A stretch of DNA of 64,000 bases from Penicillus capitatus (Eukaryota; Plantae; Chlorophyta), in the NCBI GenBank assembly GCA_965649825.1, contig OZ287714.1, forward strand, positions 186,001 through 250,000, in the 5' to 3' direction. Positions 1-12,000 of the stretch are shown piece by piece. Position numbers and translations under genes: made by a program. Each line of letters starts with the position of its first letter. The stretch's first letter is position 1. Below the pieces are notes generated by a model that was not told the origin of the DNA, made no database searches, and was given only the letters and a program-made list of their open reading frames with translations.

Positions 1-3000
1 CCTGATCAAGGTGGTTCGCCGTTTCAAGCTTCTCCGAGCAGAGAACGCAGGAGGAACAACATCTTGGGCCGCTGTCGTCATGTCACTGCTCAATCCACTG
101 GTCTCCACAGAGGACGAAGGACAGCAGCTCCTGTCGCTCATCAGACAGGCATTCGGCGAAGAAGCAGAGATAATCGCAAGATCCTGCAAGGAGAAGCACA
201 TCCAGGAGACGAGTCACGGGCTCTCGTTTTTCCAGGGACCTCTCTGCGTTTCCTTCAGTGGATATCGACTGGATCGAAGCCGTCTGTGGAAACACGGCAG
301 TGCTGCGAAGCTCCCTCCCAAGATCTTTCAAGATAAGCTCGTCGAGTTGGCATTCACGATGAAGGCGAGGGAACCAGTGCTCCTGTACGGAGAGACTTCG
401 TTCAAGACAGAACTGATCAGGACGTGGCTGGAGATCTCTGAGATGATGGACAGGGCACAGATGGTACACTTGACGTCCGATTCCGAAGCGACGGAGCTGA
501 TCGGCCAAGTGCGTCTAGCATCCACAGTGGAAGTCCTTGAGATGTTGCTGTCCATCGGCAACTTCATTCTCCGAGAGATCGAGGCAGAGCTCATCGTGAG
601 TGACAAGTCCGAAAACCGACAACTCGACATTCGACGGATTGACTGCGCGAGCGATCTTCCCAGAAGAATCAGTGTACTCAACGAACTCTTCAAGGGAAGA
701 CTAGGAATTCCAGACGATCGGCTCTCGGCTGCCTCTGTCAGAGATACACAGTCTGCACCCTCTGACACGGATGAGAAAATGGAGGATTCGCCGGCCGCCG
801 AGTACCAGGGATCCGGTGATGGTTCAAGCAGCGGTACGGAATGGGGAGGATCTGATGAAGAAGGAGGCCCCGTTCAGAGGGAACAGGAATCGATGGACGA
901 GAACAAGGAGGATTCGCCGGCCGCCGAGGACCAGGGATCCGGTGATGGTTCAAGCAGCGGCACGGAATGGGGAGAAGCTAACGATGAAGACAGAGGCCAG
1001 GTTCAGAGAGAAGAGGAATCGAGGGATGCTGCTGGCAGTTTCTCTGGCGACCGGCACCCAGATGCAGATGCAGAAGTCGAGATCAGCGAAGCAAGGGAAC
1101 GCGCCGAAGAGCCCGAATACAGAGCATTTAACTCAGTCCTCGAAACGGTCAGGGAGATCGTTGATTTGCTCAACGAGGTCTTCGATCAGCACCCACCGGT
1201 TGCCCTGGAACGAGCAGTCCAACGAATGAACCAGTTGTGTGCGTTTATGTCGGATGCCAGTCGGGCTAAGAGCCATGGATGCTTTGTCTTCCGTGATGGT
1301 CCGTTTGTCAATGCCATCACGCTGAAGCACATATGCGTCCTTGAAGACTACGATCGATGTCCACAGTCTGTGACAGAACGACTGAACAGTGCACTCGAAC
1401 TGGATCCGACATTCTCCATTCCTGAGGACACATCTCTCAGCGGAATCGGTGCTGCGACGCTGGATATTCCAGAGACGGGTTACGCGTTCGTAACAACGGC
1501 AAATTTGGAGTCCGCTGCCAAGAAACCGAGACTCTCGGAGGCCACCAAGAGTAGGATCACGCGAATCCACATCCCGGCGTACTCCAGTGAGGATATCATG
1601 TCGATTGTCGATGCGAAGCTCTTCTGCGAGACGAAAGATGATTATCCGAATGAAGCTTCTCAACTGATGGATGCCATCCGAGCCATTCAGTCTGCATCTG
1701 TGGAAGAAACACACGAGAATCCATGCGCCGATTTTCGAAGAACTCTCAGATGGGCCAACTTTGTCATACACCATCCGAGGGAGACCATGACTTTCGAGAG
1801 AATCGTCCTGCTGGGAGCCAGATACTTCTATCTCCTCGGCCTGACGCCAGAACAGCAAAAGAACATCCTGTTGAGTCATTTCGGCGATGAAGTTCGCGCC
1901 TTGGACAAGGCACTCGACGAAGTCAAGGCCACGGAAGGGAACAGCGCCTCCTCCTTTGGCATCACGATCGAAGATCGAATAGGTAGAGGCGATCGATTGG
2001 CTCGATTGGATGGTGTGGGTCTCGCACTGAGCATTCCCCCTCAGACAGAAGGGGACAACGCATGGCGACCTGCGCTGCATAGAACTCCGACAGTCGTGGA
2101 CAACACCGCTCGCATCTTCGCCTCCGTCTGCACCAAGACACCTCTGCTGCTCGAAGGGCCGCCAGGGATCGGGAAGACAGCAGTCGTGGTCGAAGTGGCC
2201 GGGCGTCTGGGGACAGGAGTGGAACGCATCAACTGTTCGAGCGACACGACCGCAGAGCAGTTGTTCGGATCGGATGTTCCGCAGTACAAGGACAATCGGC
2301 GGACATTCGATTGGATGGATGGCAAGCTCGTCGAGGCAATCAAGCAAGGCAGATGGATACTGCTGGACGAGATCAACCTGCTGTCGCCTCAGGTGTTGGA
2401 ATCGCTCGTTCCGTTGCTCAACGGATCGGCTGTCGAGCACGGATTGGCGATTCCCGGTCAGTCGGGGGCAAAGAATCTAACGGTGAAGGATGTCCACATC
2501 TTCGCCACGATGAACCCTGCTGCCGAGGGGGGAGGCAGAACGAAGCTCTCCAGATCCATCCGGAATCTCTTTACGACCGTCGAGCTCGATCCCCAGAGCA
2601 ATGACGAACTGTTTGAGATTCTGAAGAAGCTTTTCAGCGACCGCATCGGTCAGGAGGTCGTCAGTGAGAACAGCATCCAGCAGCTCTTTGACGTTTTCAC
2701 GAGCGTACACCTGATGGTCGAGATGGGAGAGATCAGAGGCGCCAGCAGAAAGCAGAGATTCAATCTGCGCGACCTCGTGGCCGTCAGAGACATCGTGGCT
2801 GGCAACGTCGGCGATCAGCTGTCTCACTACAAGATCGTGGCGACAGATGATTCGAGAAAAGACCTTTCGGACGAAGAGAGAGCCGCCGTGGTGGATGCCG
2901 TGCTTCGCAACGCATTGCAGCTCGTCTTCAAGCATCGATTCGAGAACCAGGCTGCTCAGGAACGCATCCAGAAGGCCATCGATGATGCGGTTGAACAGCC

Positions 3001-6000
3001 AAAACTGCTGGTCGATGAAGCGAACAGCACTTCCATTGACACATCCGTGAGCAATCTGGTCCGCATCGGAAGCGTTTACTTAGACAAGAATCCCGATCGC
3101 GCATCCTCCGGACTTCTGGTGCACACCAAAGAGACGGTCGCGCAGCTCGAATTGCTGGCGGCGGCCAGCCAGTCCACCAGGACCGTCCTGCTGCAGGGAC
3201 CGACGTGCTCCAGGAAGACGTGCCTGGTGAAGGAGCTGGCGGCCTTGACAGGCAGACCGTTACTAGTGCTCTCGTTGCACAGAGACTGTGATGTCTCCGA
3301 TCTGGTCGGCCAGTGGTTGCCGGCAAGGACAGACTCTATTCACGGCCAAGTCCTCCAAGCACTTCTGCACCTTCGCGACAGAATCATAAGAACCGGACTT
3401 GCTCTCTGCGAACGCATTCCCAAGGACAAGCAGACGGAGTTTTACCGGGCGATCAAGAAGGCGCGGTGCGGCAGCGATCCTTCCCAGGAAGCGTCCAGCG
3501 ACAAGCGATTCCATCGGTTTGACTTGGGGATCGGCCACGAACTGGTTCAAGGACTGAAGGATGCCGTCGATTTCCTGGAGAGCATCGATGGAGGATCGAC
3601 GATCTCCTTTGCCGAAGAACTGCATGTCCTGTCAGACAAGCTACCGCCGTCGATGGATGATGCAGACAGGACAGTCGTCTTTCAGTTTGTGACCTCCGAT
3701 CTCGTGAAGGCTCTCAAGTCTGGAACGTTCATTCTGTTCGACAACATCAACGCCGCACCTCCCGAAGTGATCGAGAGAGTGCTGTCGCTCTTCGAAGAGG
3801 AGCCGTTCTTGAATCTCTACGAGCATGCAGAGGGGGAAAGGCTGTCGAGGCAATGCGGCATCCATCCAGATACTCGGCTCTTTGCGACGGCGGACCTCAA
3901 CAGGATCAACACACACAAGCTGTCCAACCCCCTTCTGAACAGAATGATCAAGATCTGGCTACCCGAGATCGATGCAGGGGTCTCCGAAGCAACATCCGAG
4001 TTCCTAGAGAAGCACGAAGTCGTGGAGATTCTGTCAGAGAGGTTCGCTTCCCACGCCGGAGGCAACATGTCTGCTCAGCTCCTCTGCTTTGTCCACGCGA
4101 GAGTCAAAGAGCTTGACAGGAACTGCCAGGTTACCATTGCAAAGGACTCTGGCATCAGTTTCCGCACACTGCTTGAAGCATCCTCCCTCGTCATCTCTCT
4201 CCTCAGAAACGATCAGCCTGTTTTCAACGCTGTTGTGTGGGGCGCATGGCGAGTCTATGCATCTCTCTTGGAGGACGAAGAAGACTGGGTGAAGCTGAAG
4301 GAAGTCATTCGAAGCGCTTGCGAGGCGGCAGCAGAAGTGCCACCGTCCAAGTTCTATGCCATTCGACAGAGCAGAGACGCCGTCAAGCCGTTTGTCGCCG
4401 AGAGCAAAGACATCCGCCTCATCTTTGCATCCGTCGTCCACGTTTCCCTTAAGATCCTGTTCGGACACATCATGAAGATCCAGGACATGGACGCATTCGA
4501 ACGACTCGTCCTCCAGTTCATGAATCGAGTGGCGGTGAAGCTGTATCCGCAGGAGGAGTCGACGATTCGCAAACTCGCGGATGAAGTTCCCAGAGGGGCC
4601 AGGAACAAGGATGCACTCCAACGCGTCTGCGACAGCACTGGATGTCTTCCGCTGACAGAGTTCTTCAAGGCCGTCCATCTCAACGAGAGGCAACGGCTGG
4701 ATTTCGTCTGTGATCATCCTCAGAAGCTGGTGTCTTTGTGCGAGCAGCTCGTCGCCAACTCCTCGTACACTGACTGGGAAGACAGGCGCTTCATGATCGA
4801 GGACATTGCAGATGTGCTGAAGGAACTCGAGGATCTGCTGGAAGCCCTTTCGGCGCAGTCCGAGTTGTCTTCGGATGGCAAGAAGATCGTCGATGTCGTG
4901 CGGCACTGGCGCCCCATAGGAAACCTCTCCGTCTATTTTGTCCCGCTCGAAGATGTCTCCTTCGCGACGTGCTACAGAGAATTGCTCCAAGCGCAAGGCG
5001 TTTGTTGTGACAAGGCAGTGAGCTACAACTTGGAGAAGCTGCTGTCGGAAAGGGTGTCGACATCGGACATGAAACTCAGACATGTCATCGTCAATCTCCT
5101 GAAGAGTAATCAACGCTTGGCAGAAGAACGCAGAAGAATGGCACTGCAGATAGCCATGACGTCGCTCAGATGGAAGACGACATTGATGGTGGACGAACGG
5201 CTGTTGACGGTTCAGAGAGTCCCCGGAAGTGGTGGACACATCTTGGACCTGCAGAAGCTCCTGTGCCAGGCGAAGAAGATCGAGGAGCTGCGGCATCTCG
5301 TTCACGAAGCCATGGAGGTTTACAAATCGGCCAAGAGAGGACAAGGATACTGGAAATATGCCGTGGATGTTGGAAAGACCATCTGGCCCTTTGGTGGTCG
5401 GAGTTTTCAATATTCTTCCGACGGATCTGAAACCGAAGACTTCCCTCCTGACGAGGAGGTCGATGGCGTGACCATGCCCGACATGGCTCCTTACATTGAA
5501 CGGCTCGATGCTATTGTTCAGTCACAAGATGCCGTGTTCCTGTTCGCGGACGAATGGACAGCCACTGTGGAGTTCCACGCAAAGATCTTGAACGATCTGT
5601 CCGCCGGCAGAGAGAGTGGAAGAAAGAATTTGAATCTCGATGCGGTTTTCCCCTCTCTGCTCGGTTCGCGAATGAAGGACCAGCCACAGGATATGTGCGC
5701 CAATGAGCTTGCCCTGATATGGCTCGGGGTTTGCTTCTCGGAGTGGCAGAATCCTATTCCGTGTCGGATCGTGTTGTGCACAGAAGAGAATCTCGCACTC
5801 GATCCGTTTGACGGCAAGGAAAGCACCGTCTCTGCTGTCATTCTTTGTGCAGAGCTGGCTGCTGAGCAGAGAATTGCAGCATTGGCGTCGCTTGTTGTTT
5901 TTGAGAAGACACCTTCAGACGCTGGCAGGGAGACATCCGTAAATGTCAAATCCTACTGCTGTGGGCCGTCCGATCTTTCGCAGTTGACGTGGCTCAGGAA

Positions 6001-9000
6001 ATGGACCGAGATGCATACGGAATACAAGATGGACCTCTCCGATGTGCAGCGGCTGCCCGGAACAGCGACGATTGAGGGACCGTTGTCGCGATTGGGCAGC
6101 GGTCTGATCGCTTTCCTCGACGCACTGCAGTCTTATGGCCAGAATCATCCGACTCCTCACAGTACAGCGCCTTCCGAAGCTGTCCGTACGTGGAAGGATC
6201 TGATCAGGAAGGTGAAGGTACCCAGCAGGAGGCAGGATTTCTCCCGGGCACCTTTGCTGTACCACGGCGTGCTGAAGCTCGACTCTGTTCTTTACCGACA
6301 GCAGTACGGGAACATCGAGAACGAGTCTGACATCTCGTCTGTTGAAGATCTTTTCAGCAAGCAGTTCGTGGCATGGGTCGAAGCCGAAGTCAGGAAAAGC
6401 ATGGCGAAACTCAAGACAGAGGCAACACAGCCTGACCGACGAGAATCGGCCTCCATCGCCTACAGCTTTCTTGAGCACTTTGAGGCATTGAAGAAGTTCC
6501 CGAGTGAAGATCTGGTGTCGAAAGCATCTGAGCTCGAACGTGACATTCGAGCAGCGCATGGAGATCTATTCTTCGCGCTGGATTATATCCGTCCAGTACT
6601 GCGCCTACGAGAGTTCTTAATTGAGTATTCTCTGGTACATCTGGACACATCTGACCCAGGTCTGTGGACCAAGTGCAATGCGGTGACTGCGTTTGTTCTT
6701 GGATCGATTGCCTATTTCAATGGATTTCTGATCGCGGACAGAGACAAGATCAAGCTCGATAGGAAGAAGTCGGCACAGGAGTTCGACGACTGGGATGATA
6801 ACTTGAAGGATCTTGTCGATGAATTGGGCATATCCAGAACAGCTTTGGAGGCCAACAATCTCTACGAGATCTTCCTGCGACTCAAGGATCAGTACGTCCG
6901 CCTCTTGCAGACTGAAGAGCGGAAAAGGACGCTGACCGAGAGCTTGCACGCCGCGGCGGATTCAAGTGCTTCGTCATCCAGACCTCCCTCCAGGAAGTGG
7001 TTAGATGATGACAGATCCAGCAACTTCGCATCCGATCTGAGATCCGGTTACGAGGATCTCTGGCTCAAAGCAAGAGAAATCGCAGACAGAGCCGTGATGG
7101 ACGAGGCTGCTTCGGCGCTCAGTGCATTGACAAGGCGTTCTGTGCGCATCAGTAAGGCGCTTCTGGTCCAGTACCAGAGTAGGTACAATAGCCTCAAAGC
7201 TGAACTCGATCAGGCGAAGAAGAAGAATGCTCGACATCCACCTGTCATTTCCAAAGAGTGTGAGACCTTCGCGCAAAACCTATCCATCTGTCTGCAGAGC
7301 TGTGATTTCTCACTCGTTTCCTCAGAGGCATCTCCTGCAGACCATACAGTCGAGAATCCACACGTGGAGATTGTTAGACGCGTTGCCTCCCTCACGGATC
7401 GAGCAGAGAGTTCCATGAAGACTCTGATGTGGATGGCCAAGAGCACGGCATTCCATGCACGTCTGCGGAAGAGCATGGAGGTCCTGCGAAGCTACGATTT
7501 TGACGACGAGGACCTCAGTAAGAAGAAGGATGTCCTGGAAGAGCTGTCGGATTTGGGAGTCTTTCCTGGTGCTCTGTCCATTCGAATGAAATTCCGCGCA
7601 CTTGACTCCGAGGTCTGCGATGGCCTGATTCAGGAGGCCGCGGTGGAATTGATGAACGCCAAGGCAGACTTCCTTCTTGAAGAGCAGAACAAGATGCTTC
7701 ATCTAGACAAGACTCAAGAAATACAAAACGCATTGGCCTCGATCACATCACTGTGCATGGAAGACAACTCCTGTTCGATGCTGATGGCTCATCAGGTCTT
7801 CAACGCCTTGAGAACACACAGCATGGATCTCTCGGCATGTCTGGACGAATCTGCCACGATGACCAATGTGGCATCTTCTTTCCTATCTGCCGGACTTTCT
7901 GTGGAAGACATCGCTGTTCTTTTCTGCGGAGACTTCAAGATGACGCAACGCACACTGATGGATCTGACGGACGAAAGGAGTTTGGCTTCTGCAGGAGACG
8001 ATCCCGTACAGAAGATGCGTCGAAGAGGTCGACTGGTGTCCTACGGCTACCAGAGGGATAACGGTGATATCATCTACGTTTTCAGTGGCATCACAAAAAC
8101 GGTCGGAAACGCGGTGGCGGCATTTCTCGATTCTGATTGGGGACTGAAGCTTGCATCAGAATCTGGTGACGCGCATACAGAATCTGTGAAGGAGGCGTTG
8201 ATCAGTCTGCAGTTCATTGCGTTGCCTCTTCTGATGATCAGACAGAATTTCAGCTTCCTGTCTTCGCTTCTACAACTGTCGGATTCCGTTGAGGAGCAGA
8301 GAACTGCAAAGGAACTGAGGATGGTGTGCAAGCATACCACAGACGAGCTGAAAAAGGCACGTGACGAGCTGGAGGAAGTAAAGGAGCGAAGAATCTATCA
8401 TCCTATTTCTGATTCAGACTTCATGGACACCGCCTGGTGGATGCGCACTGCAGAGGGAATACAAGCCGAAGAAAGGATCGAAACATTGACCAACAAGAAA
8501 AATGAACTCGGAGAAAAGATGATGGACGCAGACGATCGGCTTCGTCGATTGCAGCCCAAAATCTGTCAGCGTCTCTCGTCTTCCCTACGGGATCTGTTGC
8601 AGGACGGACTGCATTGTCTCAGTCGTATCTTCGGATACGAGACAGAATACTTTGAGAGTTACTTGAAGGCAGAAGACGACATTGCGGACGCTTATGCATT
8701 ATTAATCGAGGACGCCGCCCGTTCCGGTCTCGTGATGTTCAGGGATAGTGATGGCATTCACTCAGAATGGATTATCGCGCTTGAACAGTTGTGTCGAGAA
8801 CTGGATGCATTCAAGCGCGAGCAGCTGTCAGATCTGAACATCGGAGATCCTTTCCGCAACGCTCTGCAGTCTCTTTGCACCGTCGCCTCTCTTGGATCCA
8901 GACGCATCATGCAACTCATCTCCCGCAACTGTGCGAAGGAGTCTGTGAATATGCTGCGCGTCACCGATCTGGAGAGAAGGTTCTTGGATGGATGTGACAC

Positions 9001-12000
9001 TCTCAGAGACGTGTGCATGGATCGCTCCTTTGATGAAGACAGCATCGCAAAAGCATCAGAAGACCTCCTGAATGTTCGAGAAGATCTCCGCATCCTCCGA
9101 GGCAGACTTAGACAGGATGGGGCGTTGCGGTCTGCCGTGGAATACACCGAAAACACAGCGCTGCGAATTGTGGGACACTACAATGCCCTTGTCGATGCAC
9201 AGAATCCAGTGACCTGGTACAGGAAAGCGGTAGAGAGCGGAAGACTTCCTCCGTTACGTTCACACGAGAACAGCAGTTTTCAGAAGGACCTGGATCGCTT
9301 GCCTTCTCTCTGGAAGAGCTGCGCCGCTGGAATCAGATCGGCAATGGAGACCGACTCTCTGTCGAATCCTTTCCAGCTTCTCTCTTTGATGGACAGTCAC
9401 ATCTCGGAGAATGCTGATCTCTACCAGAGTGCATCCTGCTATGCCCATCTATTCTTCCGGAGCATGGCGGAAATGCACCTTACGGTGCACGATCTGTCAA
9501 ATGGGCAATCACATTGCGGCATGACAAACGAAGAATCTCAGTGCTTCCGGGAAGTTTTTGATGTCGGCGCCAACCTGTCGGATATGAATCTGGCACACGC
9601 AGAGGTGTCCCAGGTCCAAGAAACCTTCGCGAGTCTGGAGAATGGATTCAAAAGACTATCAGGTGTGATGATCCAGACACGTAGAAATTCAAAGCCCCTG
9701 TTGATTCAGTACATGGGAAATCTGCGCACACAGTGGTTCTTGCAATGCGTTCTCTGCATCACTAGATCTCTGCAGAAGAAAACGAATGCCGACCAATCCT
9801 TCAAGCCACTGTCTGAACGCCTCGCTGCTGCAAGATACAAGGATGATCATCTCAAGTCTGCCATCATCTTGGCCGATTTTCAGGATGTGACGTCTCTCCA
9901 GGCCACTCTATCGCAAGCGAACATGGCCACCGTCATGAGGGATTTCTCAGATCACGAGATCGAAGTTCTGATGACCGCGGCGACCCTTTTGTCCCAGTTG
10001 CTGTCTGGAGCAGGGCGGAAAATGCTGAAGAAATGGAGAGAGTATCACGCCCTTCCTTCTTCAGTGTCCCTCGAAGTGCTCGAAAAGATGGTGAGAGTCT
10101 CCAAGGATCTCATGCAGACAAACGTTCCAAGTATACTGTCTGCGAATCTTACCTTCGATGAATCAGCTGAATGCATCCTGGAAACAACGAGCAGTTACCT
10201 GATGCAACTCTGCCGGACGATCTCAGGAGACATGCGCGAATCCAGCAGTGCCCTGATTGGAAAACTCGGAGCGTGTTTCAAAGAGGTATCGCTGCGTCAG
10301 TCGGCATGTCAGGATTGCGATGAGCAATACAGGATGCAAATTTCGAAGCTCCTCAAAGCCGAAGAACAAATAAAAGCCGCCGAAAGAAAAGGATGGGAAG
10401 ATTTGTGGATCCAAAGCAAGAAACGGAAACAAAGACTTGGTCAGCAGTTGCGCCTCAAAGCAAAAGAAACTGCAAAACTGTATGCCGAGTTCTGGCGCGA
10501 GGTTGATGCATGCTATCGAAGAGAAATGCAGCCGAAGTGGTATGCCACTCCGAGATCGGTGTATTTGAATCAGAGCAAACGATTACAGGACATCTTGGAA
10601 AAGCAAGAATCTGTTCGACAGCGAAGCACGGCTCTAAAGCCGATACGTCTGAAAAAGATAGGACTGAAGCTTGTTCCGCTGGCCGTCGAAGTGGATTCCT
10701 GGAACATCGGCGTTCAGTTGTTTGAGTCATACGGAGGTCAACTGGAGGTGACATGTGAAGGAGGGGAGGGTGGTCCCTTTTACCTTGACGGTGTCATCCA
10801 GCCTAGCCCTACTGACAGCATGACGTTTGTCGTTTCAATGCCAGCGCGCTTCAACCTTGTGATCATAGTTTCGGTAGATCACTGCATCCATTCGATACGG
10901 CGATTTCCTTTACACCAGCTTTGTCGTTCTCATCAAATGACGGCTCTAATCGGTTCACCTGGAGGATGCAATATTGAATTCCGTACTGCGGCGCATTACA
11001 TGTACATGGCGGTGCCCTTGTCTGTAATTTGGAATCCAAGGACGTCTATGTATGCACATGCAGCGGAAGTCTGTCAGTCGTTTATCGAGCGACTCCAGAA
11101 TCATTATGAAGAATATGATCATCTGTACGGAAAGTTTGAGGGCTGCCACGCGAATGAAAACGAATCCCAGAGACACTTGGAAGAAGCAGATCGAGCACAA
11201 AATCTCCAACAGAGCGATCAGACATCTATGGAAAATTCGTGGCACGCAAAAGCCGTGATGCAGGGCAAACGATTTGCAGAAGATGTTTCACGAAGACTAG
11301 AAGAGGTCCTGGACAGTCTCAATGCCGCAGAAGCTCAAACGCTGCGACTGAATCCGATTCGTGACGGAATCGGGAAGCTGTTTTGCAGTCTTCAATCTCC
11401 TCCAGCTGTGTCTTCGCATCCGGGAATGATACTGGTGACGACCGACGAGTCCTCACTGGCCAATGTCCAATCAGGACAGATGGGGCTCATATGGAATGCC
11501 GAAATGCAGACGATGTTAGAAAAGCTTAACTACGACGTCGATGCACTGCGACGATACGGAAACGAAGCCGTGAGCATCTTGCTGGAGCTTTATGTCATTG
11601 CAGTCTGTCAACATGCGATTGGTGCTGCATCTGAAGAGAAGTTGAAGATGTGTGAGAAGCACCAGCAGGAATGGAAGACCCTTCTCGAGAAGGTTCTTTC
11701 TCCATTCGATCAAGAGATGATGCTGCATCGCGAGTCGCATGTGGAAATGGCTCTGTCCATGGGAAGATCCCGAACATGTTTCGTAAGACTAGTAAAGCAA
11801 CTCGGCGAGAGAATGGAAATCACCCAAAGGCTGGGAACCACAGCCATGAACATTCTCCCCAGAACACAGATGGGACACTCCTCCAAGATTACGATCTGTG
11901 AGGAAGACGGCATGTTATCTTTGAGCAGTCCAGACTGCGCCGTGGACTTTGGCGCGGTCCTATACCAGAAGGACATTCCACTGTCGACACCGAGCACGCA

